A stretch of DNA of 63,874 bases, the filler included, from Octopus bimaculoides (lineage: Eukaryota): the NCBI RefSeq assembly GCF_001194135.2. It is 7 parts of 7 records of this genome, joined end to end, with 100 filler letters (N's around TTAATTAATTAA, not from the genome) between each part and the next. Parts side by side here need not be neighbours in the genome. Positions count along the whole stretch, not along the records: positions 52,581 to 63,874 come from NC_068982.1; 6 more parts are not named here. The stretch is one strand, 5' to 3'. Position 1 is the stretch's first letter; every line of letters starts with the position of its first letter. This document shows, piece by piece, positions 53,808 to 63,874 of the stretch. The translations under genes and the position numbers were made by a program. The notes under the pieces were generated by a model, which saw only the letters and a list, made by a program, of their open reading frames with translations, searched no databases and was not told the DNA's origin.

Positions 53808-54189
53808 AGAATATGCTTCAACACACGAACTCACATAAAGAATCTTGCAAACCAAANNNNNNNNNNNNNNNNNNNNNNNNNNNNNNNNNNNNNNNNNNNN
53901 NNNNNNNNNNNNNNNNNNNNNNNNNNNNNNNNNNNNNNNNNNNNNNNNNNNNNNNNNNNNNNNNNNNNNNNNNNNNNNNNNNNNNNNNNNNNNNNNNNNN
54001 NNNNNNNNNNNNNNNNNNNNNNNNNNNNNNNNNNNNNNNNNNNNNNNNNNNNNNNNNNNNNNNNNNNNNNNNNNNNNNNNNNNNNNNNNNNNNNNNNNNN
54101 NNNNNNNNNNNNNNNNNNNNNNNNNNNNNNNNNNNNNNNNNNNNNNNNNNNNNNNNNNNNNNNNNNNNNNGTAAAAAAATAGCTTTTAT

Positions 54190-54572
54190 CTTTTACCTTC
54201 TGCTCTATTCAGTCATTGGACTGCGGCCATGCTGGGGCACCGCCTTGGAGAATTTTTAGTCGAATGAATCGACCCCCACCCCAGTATTTAGTTTTTTAAA
54301 ACCTAGTACTTTTCTATCGGCCGCTTTTGGCGAACCGCTTGATTACGGAGACGTAAAAACACCAAAACTGGTCGTCAAGCGGTGGTGGGGTACAAAGAAA
54401 CACATGCACACGTACGCACACATATGCATACATATATGATAGGTTTCTTTCCGTTTCCGTCTACCAAATCCAGTCACAAGGCTTTGGTCGGCTCGAGGCT
54501 ATAGTAGAAGACACTAGCCGAAGGTGCCACGTTTGGGAAGCAAGTTTCTTTCCACACAGCTGCGTCTGTGCC
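54190..54572 (-). mobile_element. SINE family B, full-length
   Basis: Reverse-complement match to 13116-13526 across head, CORE-like body and tail. Confidence 0.88.
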
Positions 54573-55374
54573 TATTTGTATAGAGAGAAGCCTGTACATA
54601 AACATCTATCCAAACAGACATAGAAACGCACACATTCATTCATGTACGATGTTGGACAGAGCTGAACAGATTTTTATCGGCGCCATCCTTAGAGAAAGGA
54701 TACAATACATTGTTGTGGGTTAATCCAAGAGTAATTTAATCATTGACAAAAGCTTTGTGGTTATCGATACTCCTTGTTCAAGAAATTAGGTTGGATCAGC
54801 TATCATGCTGAAAAGACTTCGCTGTGTGGAAAAATTAATACAATAGATATATCCATCCCCCACTTCTAAAATGACTTTAGAAGCTTGAAAAGAAAATGTC
54901 ATATGACCAGCTTCAATACTATCGATCTCTAATCGAGTCGCAGTTCATGAAGACATTAACTCTTTCTCTGCTGTCTGCTGCTCGTTTATTGATTTCTGCA
55001 AATGTTAGTACAACATTATTATATAACTTAGAAGAATTACGTGTGACAGTCACACATTAGATTCCAGCACTGCAATGTTTCTTTACCACCACCACCATCA
55101 AAAGACAAACGAGATTAATCTGTAATATTTAAAAAGTTCGTTAAATTGATAGTGTATTGTTCTGTTGTAAACATTTTATCGTTTATGTTGTAGCCTAAAG
55201 TGGTTTCATAAAATTACTTTCTTTTTTTGTCTGTATTCTTTTATCCAATATTAAAATGCATTTTTTCTTTTCTATCCACAACAAAACGAAAATCAATTCT
55301 AAATAAAAATTTTCCATGAAATTTGATTGCATTTTGATTTTTATGACCCACTTTGGAGAAAAGGAGATATATAA

Positions 55375-55737
55375 GAGCAGGCTTGGCTGTGTGGTAAGGA
55401 GCTTGCCTCCCAACAACATGGTCCTGGTTTCAGTCCCACTGCATGGGCAAGTGTCTTATAGCCTCGGGTCGACCAAAGCCTTGTGATTGGATTTGGTAGA
55501 TGGAAACTGAAAGAAACCCGTCGTCTGTCTGTCTGTTTGTGTGTCTTTGTCCCCACCACCACTTGTTGGTATATTAACGTCCCCGTAACTTAGCAGTTCG
55601 GCAAAAAAGACCGATAGAATAGGCACCATGCTTTAAAAAACACGAGTACTGAGGGTCGATTCGTTTGACTAGAAATTCTTCAAAGCGGTGCCCCAGCATG
55701 GCCGCATTTTAATGACTGAAACAAGTAAAAGAGTAAA
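55375..55737 (+). mobile_element. SINE family B, full-length
   Basis: ttggctgtgtggtaagg...ggcaagtgtcttatagcctcggg...gaaacaagtaaaagagtaaa. Confidence 0.9.
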
Positions 55738-56286
55738 TGAATATTTTGAAGAACTGAAGGAAGGTTCCATCAAACTGTAATAGTCTTTGATAGATAAATT
55801 TGCTGGTACGAAATGGTGAATCAGTATTATAGAACTTCCTTGACGAAACTGGTCGGATTGAAGAATCTAGTTTTAGAATTTTTTGACCATAGTGTTACTT
55901 GGTTGTGTCTTGTAAGGCTTTCTGTAGGCCCCCCCCCCAAAAAAAAACAAAGTGTGTAATATGCAACACAGGCAGTAAACAAAAATAAAATAGAATAAAG
56001 TGGTGACATTTAGTAGAGATGACCCGGAAGTTGTTGCACTTCAATTACTATCGCAAACAGCAGTAGCTTTCTTCAGATGAATACACGTCGTTGATTGGTT
56101 GAAATTACCCAAATACGACAACTTTAACACGAAATAACTTACAAAATACGAAATTTTGTCAAAAAGGTTGAAAGTAAACGGTATTCAACGTGAGAAATTA
56201 CACCAGTATACGATGTTTCAAACTGTTTTGTTCATTTTCTGTTGTAAAAGAAAACAGGTGTGACTGTATTATTTATTTCGATGATC

Positions 56287-56503
56287 AAGGTGGTGAGATG
56301 GCAGAATCGTTAGAACGCCGCACAAAATGCTTAGTGGCATTTCATCCATCTTTACGTTCTGAGATCAAATGCTACCGAGATTAACTTTATCTTTCATACT
56401 TTTGGGGTCGATAAAATATGTAGCAATTGCGCACTGGGGGTCGATGTAATCGATTAGCCCCTCCCCACAAATTTCAGACCTTGTACCAAGAGTAGAAAGG
56501 AAT
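56287..56503 (+). mobile_element. SINE family A2
   Basis: aaggtggtgagatggcagaatcgttag...ttgtaccaagagtagaaaggaat. Confidence 0.85.
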
Positions 56504-56561
56504 ATATTTGATTTAAAAGAAAAATATTTAGTAATGATATTTCGTATATGTAGTAATATCA

Positions 56562-56809
56562 GTTTCACATTTTGGCACAAGGCCAGCAAATTCAGAGAAG
56601 GGGTGAATCGATAACATAAACCCCCAGTGCTCAGCTGGTACTTAATTTATCGACCCCGAAAAGATAAAAGACAAAGTCAACCTCGGTGGTATTTGAACTC
56701 AGAAAAAATGCTTAGTATTTAGAGGCGTTTCTTTTGATGTTAAGTCGGATGAAATACCGCGAAGCATTTTCTCCGGCGCGCTAACGATTTTGCCAGCTCG
56801 CTGGGCTTA
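56562..56809 (-). mobile_element. SINE family A2 with perfect 18-bp TSD and a ~40-bp internal insertion
   Basis: gtatatgtagtaatatca at 56544-56561 and 56810-56827. Confidence 0.92.
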
Positions 56810-56835
56810 GTATATGTAGTAATATCAAGAGTGAA

Positions 56836-56940
56836 GACGCGTGGTCTAGTGATTAAGGTGTTTGGCTCACAATCACGAGTCGTGGGTTCGATTCTTTGAC
56901 CAGGCAGCTCGTCGTGTCCTCGACGAATCCACTTTACTTC
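56836..56940 (+). mobile_element. SINE family C head, diverged
   Basis: gtggtctagtgattaagg (A box), gggttcgattc (B box); gtgaagacgcg leader like 22011 and 62811. Confidence 0.75.
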
Positions 56941-57136
56941 CGGTTGCGTCATTTTATTCAGAAAACGAGTGCCATTCTAGCTCTGGTTATATCCTCGATA
57001 TTCAGCTGGGTCAAGGATGAGAAGGAAAAAGAGGTGTCTGTGTCTGCTCGCGACCATGGAAGCACCTAAAGACAATCAGTGGAAATGTGATAGAAATTAC
57101 CAGGTCATACTCGCTTGCCCGTGACGGTTATACATC

Positions 57137-57186
<50 letters not shown>

Positions 57187-57510
57187 TAACAATAATAATA
57201 ATAATATGTGTATTAACCTATATATTTTTCTCTCGAGTATTTAGCTCTAAAAATATAGCAGTTTTGTCTGTCTTCTTTGCATCTAGATGCAACTCTGAGA
57301 CACAATTGAAATGAGATAATCGTTAAGAAGCATCTGGAACCGATTACCAACTCTTCAAAGTGCTAAATACCTAACTATTCTCGGTTCTATTTCAGTGACA
57401 CTTTCAATATTTGTCTTCAGTAGAAAGAATTCTTACAATTGTTACAGAACAACAAAGCTGCCGTATTCTCTTCCACTGCACTTCTTGTCTCCCGACATGC
57501 TTATCGACAG

Positions 57511-57580
57511 TGACGTCATCTACGGCATGACGTCAGCCAACAAATGGTCAACTATAAAAAGCAATAAACGCAGTCATTAA
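57511..57580 (+). promoter_or_regulatory. Two full palindromic CRE sites plus TATA box (candidate CREB-type promoter or LTR U3/R)
   Basis: TGACGTCA at 57511-57518 and 57528-57535, TATAAAAAG at 57553-57561, AATAAA at 57563-57568, TCATT at 57574. Confidence 0.5.
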
Positions 57581-57669
57581 CTTTCTTCTGTTGTAACCGA
57601 TCTCCCCCAATTCTTCAATAATTCCCTAGAATCCCTAGTCTGGTGGATACTATTTTTTTTTTTTTTTTT

Positions 57670-58045
57670 GAAAATTACTATTTTAAAAATCTCACAACGT
57701 GAGATATTCAGCAACAGTACTTTGGAATAAAGCTTGTTTGCCAACCTAACATGGCAGTCCTGGTTTAGGACGAATGTTCCTGTAATTTAGCCCCAGGAGA
57801 CATCATCTCCAGCTGGCTATACGACACGATCTGTGTCCTTATATTTTCGAACAAGGGAATCTAGCACCCCCACTCAGTTCAAAACAATATCTGTGTATCG
57901 CGATTTCTGGGTTATTTCTCTTCATCAGCACGTTGTGAGATTTTAAAAATAGTAATTTTCTAATTTATAAATCAGTGACTAGTTGTCACTTTGTAAACTA
58001 TATATTTCGAACGGGAATATGGCAGCGCCACCTCTAGCCGAGCAA
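57670..58045. mobile_element. Fold-back repeat (32-bp inverted arms 57670-57701 / 57929-57960), probable Penelope-like; further copy at ~51220-51270
   Basis: gaaaattactattttaaaaatctcacaacgtg, 31/32 match between arms; the same motif followed by agatattcagcaac occurs at 51221. Confidence 0.75.
57893..57931 (-). ncRNA. Minimal hammerhead-like motif with intact core, weak stem II
   Basis: Minus strand GTG CTGATGA agagaaataaccca GAA ATCGCGAT A CAC: 3-bp stem I, 8-nt palindromic stem III, AUA triplet. Confidence 0.55.
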
Positions 58046-59590
58046 TTATTCTGTCATGTCTGTGAATATATTCCTTCTTAGCCAGGACTGGGCAGCCAGA
58101 GATAATATGATTTATCGTTTCTTGTCCATCGCCACATATTCTGCAGTTACTTGTTATGTTTCTTTTCATTACGTGTTTTTGGTAATTTCTGGTGGGAAGG
58201 ATTTGATCTTGTGCTGTAATTAAAATCCTTCAGTCTCTGCTTCTCAGCCGTCGTTGAGATTTTGTTTTGTCTATTCTTTTGCGTTTAGTTTAATCCCATA
58301 TTTGCCACGAAGGAGCTTTTCTTGCCATCATTTTTATCATGATTCTTTGCTGTTCCAGTTTTAGTTTGGATTTCATTTGTTTTATAGCTTTTGTTGTTTC
58401 TTCTTCTTCTTCGTATTTGTTAGGTAGATTGATTTCTTGTTTGTATTTGTCAGCTTCCTTAAAGACTGAAAACAGTTTTTGTTTCGTTCGTGTTTTGTGG
58501 TTATCTGTATTAGTTTTCCTTGTAGGTATTTCTGTAGTCCTGTCGTTGTTATTTTGTAATAGTTCTCTGGCTGTATAAGGCTTCTACCACCTTCGATACG
58601 TTGTATATATAACCTTTCCATGTCAGATTTTAGGTGGTGCATCCTAAATCCTGTGATTGATTTTATTGTTTTCCTGTCTATTTTGATTAGTTCGTTTAGA
58701 GTCCACTTAAGAATATTGTAACTGTAACTTATAACTGGGACGGCTAAAGTGTTGATACTTATTATCTTGTTTTTCGCTTTGATCTCTGTTTTCAGTATTG
58801 ATCTAACTCGTCTATAGTATTCTTTTTTTTTATTTTCTCTTTCACTTGTGTGTTGGATCGTATCTGGTTCATTGATTCCTAAGTATTTGTATGTGTGACT
58901 TTGGTCTAATTCTCTTCTTTCATTGGCTTTATCTAGTGTGATGTTGCTTCTCTTAACTAGTTTTCCTCTTTTCAAGGTTGCTTTGGCACAGTTTTCTAAG
59001 CCAACTTTCATGTTTATTTCTTTGGTAAATCCATGTAGTGTTTGTAGTAATGTTTCCAGCTGTTTATCATTTGTAGCATACAGTTTTAAATCATCCATAT
59101 ACAAGAGATGGCTGATTGTTTTGCCGCAACAGTTGTATCAAAATCCAGTTCTGTTTAGCATGTCAAATAAAGGCGTCCAGTGCCAAACAGAAAAGGAGTG
59201 AAGAGAGCGTGTCTCCCTGGAATATTCCTCTGCTAATGGGGAGGGCTTTGGTTTTTATGAGCCCCTCTTTTGTCTGGAGCTGTAGCACAGTCTGCCATTT
59301 ATTCATGGAATGTTTTATACATTTTATGGTTGTTGGAACTACCTTGTTCATGGCTAGTGTTTCTAGGATCCATGTGTAGGGAATACTATCAAAAGCCTTT
59401 CAGTAATTGATCCAGGCCATACTTAGACTCTTCTTCTTTCTGCGGCTGTCTTCAGTTATGGCTTTATTGATCAATGGCTGATCTTTACAGCCGTGTGAGC
59501 TCCTGCAGCATCCCTTCTGCTCGTCTGGAAGCAAGTTGTCTTCTTCCAGATGTTTGTCCATTCTCTGCGATATTATTGCAGTAAAGGCTT
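58046..59590 (-). mobile_element. R4/Dong LINE ORF fragment (RT through zinc knuckle), degenerate
   Basis: LLPDEQKGC...GCKDQ.LI, SLSMAWINY*KAFDSIP, RGIFQGDTLSS.LFCLAL, YMDDLKLY, YKYLGI, KNKI..INTLAVPVISYS, MHH.KSD.ERLY..R.EGGR.L, CRICG..QETINHIISGCPVLAKKEYIHRHD. Confidence 0.95.
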
Positions 59591-59591
59591 G

Positions 59592-59830
59592 TTATTATTA
59601 TTGTCTTTGCACAGCTTCTAACGCTGGAGATGTATTCTGGTGTCAGCTGTTCACTACCAGTATTTTTCGAGCACCTTCCGGAGTATTCGAGCGGTTCCAA
59701 GCAGTGCTGTTTTCTGCAAGTGCTCCATCCTTATTGCGGCCCCTATTTGTTCCACGTACTTCTCGAGATTTTTGCTCACTGTTCCCAGGGTTCCGACAAT
59801 TATTGGTACTACTTCATCGGCCATTACTGC
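59592..59830 (-). mobile_element. 5'-truncated R4/Dong 3' end (C-terminus, 3' UTR, (AAT)n tail)
   Basis: EVVPIIVGTLGTVSKNLEKYVEQIGAAIRMEHLQKTALLGTARILRKVLE, then UTR ending gcaaagacaataataataa. Confidence 0.85.
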
Positions 59831-59845
59831 TTATTATTATTGTTA

Positions 59846-59900
<55 letters not shown>

Positions 59901-59913
59901 TATTATTATTATT

Positions 59914-60179
<266 letters not shown>

Positions 60180-60251
60180 AATAATATTATTATTATTATT
60201 ATCATTATTATTAAGTCATTTTTCATTCTGAATATTTTTACATGAGATGCA

Positions 60252-60414
60252 GCACGGAATTTTGTCAGTTTCCGTCTACCAGCTCCACTCACAAAGCCTT
60301 GATAGGTCTGAGGCTATAGAAGAAGACACTTGCCCAAGGTACCATGCCGTGGGACTGAACCCGGAGCCATGTGGTTGGGAAGCAAACTTCTTACCACACA
60401 GTGACGCCCACGCC
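60252..60414 (-). mobile_element. SINE family B 5' half
   Basis: Reverse complement of the family B head and CORE-like region. Confidence 0.88.
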
Positions 60415-61714
60415 GTATGTCGATAAAAGAGAGAGACAATAAGCGTAATTCAGATTAAATGGTCACTTTTTGCTGTTTATTTTCAGATTAAAAAAAATTC
60501 ATTTCAGGTTTTAAAATATTTAAAACCTTTGGTTGAGCAAAAGTTTTGTTTGCGTAAACTGAGATAAACTCTACAACAGTATTCCCTCTTCTTTACATCA
60601 TGTTTACAGACAGAAAAAGGGCGACAAGTGATGTCTGCTTTAATATGTCTTCAAGGAGAAAACATCCAGAATGTTCTCTTTTGTTTATGTCGTCCATCTT
60701 GATATCAGTGAAACAAATATTATTTCAAAAAGAAAAATATTTGCTGTCTGGAGATCAGAAACTTAGATTGTATCCGTCATTAAATGGAACGATAAACAGG
60801 TTATTTTCTTTTTAAATCCCAATGAGTTATAGGCAACAATGGCGAACTTCCATTAGTTTCTGTGAATATGATCCTACGGAGGAAGTCTTGTTCGGTGACT
60901 GATTGACATTTAGTTAAACCAGGGGTGAAAAGTATGTGTTATTGATAGAAAATCAATCGATTCCTGCTTTTTTCAAACCTACTAGGTTAGAAAATGGTCT
61001 GGAAGAATAGAACATAAGAATTATTAAACTGACCACGACAACGAAACGGAAATCAAGATAAGAAAACCGCGTTGGCATTATATTCAGATGTTCCATCTGA
61101 TTACAATGGCAGCATGACACCATGTTTCGTGGTACTTGAGGAGGAAATAGTTTCTGGTCCAGGGATTTCGTAAATAAAATCCACGAAGAGACTTAATCTC
61201 CTCTTTTGTTGGAAACCCCATCAAAAGGGAGATAAGTGTGTCATGGTGCAGAAAACAGGATAAAAACGACTCGTTTAATAACTTAATGGCAGTGTCTGGG
61301 ATTCTTAAACAAGTTTGATTGATGAAGATGAAGTCAGCGTTTGTAGAAAGATTCCTCACATGCAGATCTGCAGAATAAGCTAAAGATGATAATTAACTGA
61401 ACAATGTTAATGAGCAATTTCAAACACACACGGTGATTAATTGATTTTCCCTTTGGTCGTATGGCAAATAGACGTCACAGGAAATAGGTAAGCAATACTA
61501 TTAACCATTCAATGGATGCGGATCCATAAACTACTTTTCGATGACACAGATCAATGAGGATACAATATGTGACCCAATGTATCTAACAGGTCGATCTTAG
61601 TCTGATAAAATTAAACTGTATCGTCTTACCGAGAAAGGTGAGAAGAGAATGTATCATCTGTTGTCTCTGGTTGTGGCTTATTCCAGAATATTTACAGGTA
61701 TGGTAAGAACTGTC

Positions 61715-62113
<399 letters not shown>

Positions 62114-62233
62114 CCGTCCCGCAAGTCTAATCGACTAGAGTTGGTCTGAGATTAAACAGCAACAACAACAATAAGCAGTCACAATAAACAACCATCGAAT
62201 CTCTTATTTAATGTACATAATGCAGTGGTAGAT

Positions 62234-62389
62234 CAGTGCTCCGCAACCGGTACGCCGCGGCACCTTGGTGTGCCACAGAACGATGCTAGGTGTCCCTATG
62301 CTTTTAGTTATAATTTTAGTTCAGGTGTGCCGGTGAATTTTGAAAAGAATACAAGTGTGCCGCAAGTGGAAAAAGGTTGCGGAGCATTG
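62234..62389. mobile_element. hAT-superfamily MITE, 156 bp, 15-bp TIRs, perfect 8-bp TSD
   Basis: tggtagat|cagtgctccgcaacc ... ggttgcggagcattg|tggtagat. Confidence 0.92.
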
Positions 62390-62815
62390 TGGTAGATAAA
62401 CCCATTATCTTCTTTGTATTGAGAGATGGGATACGGTTTCAATATCCAAAGATGACATCTAGACTTCACTAAACCTTTCTCAAGATACATTTTGCGTTAG
62501 CAATGAGCATGATTTAACGAGATCAATGTTTGAAAAAGCAATTTATAATTGACGAAATTTGTCGACGTTTAAGCCTACGTTGGCTCTGAGTAGATTTATG
62601 TTCGAGTTCAGTCGTGCCCATCCCATGTAATTTTCCTCGGCATGCGAAATATGTCATTCAGTGAGTCCTTTGTCATTTTTAGGGCGATAAGCTGTGATTT
62701 GAAGGATATTTAGTTGCTATTTCTGCAGGTCAAGCAACTATGTCATGGTTCACTCGTTGGGTCCTTAGTAAATACGTGAGTTGGAAAAGGACTGGACTAC
62801 CAGCTCATTCGTGAA

Positions 62816-63030
62816 GGCGCATTGATTAGGGATTAGAATGCTGCGCCCACCATCGCAAGATCATGGTCTTAATTCCCGGATCAAGCGGTGCCTTGTGTTC
62901 TTGAGCAAAACACTTCATTTCCTGTTCGCTCCAGTCCACTCAACTGTAAACAAGTAACCCAGTGATGGGCTGGCGTCCCATCCAGGGGCAATGTTGTAAT
63001 CTTAGTCACTTATACGCCACGAAAGCCCGG
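62816..63030 (+). mobile_element. SINE family C, diverged, with V-SINE-like 3' segment
   Basis: tgtgttcttgagcaaaacacttcatttc (CORE-like), then gtgatgggctggcgtcccatccagggg. Confidence 0.75.
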
Positions 63031-63177
63031 TAATCGTCCCTAAGGGTTCCAGAACTCGACACAGTAATGTACAGAAATCGATGATTATGAAGTTTATGGA
63101 AAGTGTTTCCTGTAATGGTTTTACAGAAAACACTTTATTCTGCGCAATTTCGTTTACCTGTACGTGATGAAGATAGA

Positions 63178-63315
63178 CGCGGGGGTAGCTGTGTGGTAAG
63201 AAGCTTCTTTCTCGATTACAGGGTTTCGGGTTCAGTCCTACTGCGTGGCACCTTGAGCAAGTGTCCTCCACTATAGCCTCGGGCCTAACCAAATCCTTGT
63301 GAGCAGATTTGGTCG
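63178..63315 (+). mobile_element. SINE family B 5' half (duplicated at 63647-63785)
   Basis: gctgtgtggtaag..gggttcagtcc..gtggcaccttgagcaagtgtc. Confidence 0.88.
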
Positions 63316-63413
63316 TATATATAGTTGAAATTTATAGAAAAACAACAGACGAAGACAGGTGTATGGACAACGAACACGGATATTAATTCGACGCTCGGGG
63401 AAAATGAAAAAGT

Positions 63414-63449
63414 CTTTTACGTTTCGAGCCTACGCTCTTCGACAGAAAG
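63414..63449 (-). ncRNA. Variant minimal hammerhead-like motif (CUGUCGA core)
   Basis: Minus strand CTTT CTGTCGA A GAGC gtag GCTC GAAA CG T A AAAG: 4-bp stem I, 4-bp stem II, palindromic ACGT stem III, GUA triplet. Confidence 0.6.
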
Positions 63450-63515
63450 GGATCAGAGAAAGCTGTAATCTACAAGTTTTTTTGTTTATTCTTTCTCTGA
63501 TTATTTTCTCTTATT

Positions 63516-63553
63516 TCTTTCTGTTGAAGAGCGTAGGCTCGAAAAGTAAAAAG
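63516..63553 (+). ncRNA. Variant minimal hammerhead-like motif (CUGUUGA core)
   Basis: TCTTT CTGTTGA A GAGC gtag GCTC GAAA AG T A AAAGA: 5-bp stem I, 4-bp stem II, one change in stem III. Confidence 0.55.
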
Positions 63554-63874
63554 ACTTTCTCACTTTCCCGAGTGTCAAACTAATACACTTGCTTGGTGTT
63601 CATACACCTATCTTCGTCTTTTGTTTTTCTATCAATTTCAACTATAGGCGCAGGAGTGGCTGTGTGGTAAGAAGCTTCTTTCTCGATTACAGGGTTTCGG
63701 GTTCAGTCCTACTGCGTGGCACCTTGAGCAAGTGTCCTCCACTATAGCCTCGGGCCTAACCAAATCCTTGTGAGCAGATTTGGTCGTATATATAGTTGAA
63801 ATTTATAGAAAAACAACAGACGAAGACAGGTGTATGGACAACGAACACGGATATTAATTCGACGCTCGGGGAAA

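Larger units (their letters stand above)
63320..63646. mobile_element. Fold-back element with ~140-bp inverted arms, each carrying a hammerhead-like motif
   Basis: tatagttgaaattt..agacgaagacaggtgtatg..agtcttttacgtttcgagcctacgctcttc vs its reverse complement at ~63490-63646. Confidence 0.9.

Overview
AT-rich eukaryotic DNA with very dense microsatellites and about 7-8 kb of N gaps. The mix of tRNA-derived SINE families, R4/Dong, RTE, Tx1 and CR1 LINE debris and extreme simple-repeat load suggests a coleoid cephalopod, probably Octopus (inference, not verified). No intact host protein-coding gene is supportable, and almost all long ORFs in the track are artefacts of N-runs or microsatellites. 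The window holds at least four SINE families (~30 copies, some with perfect 16-18 bp TSDs), decayed LINE fragments, a truncated mariner transposase, and mariner- and hAT-type MITEs. Six identical 100-bp scaffold linkers (44N-TTAATTAATTAA-44N) break contiguity. The most interesting signal is six minimal type-I hammerhead-ribozyme-like motifs from five unrelated small repeats, mostly inside fold-back elements typical of Penelope-like retroelements. They include an apparent U3-A8 covariant core and an A6U core shared by two paired copies. Also notable: a twin-CRE plus TATA module, a recurrent SINE dimer, and a 471-bp tandem duplication that looks like SINE-SINE unequal recombination. All structures were read by eye and none has been computed or tested.
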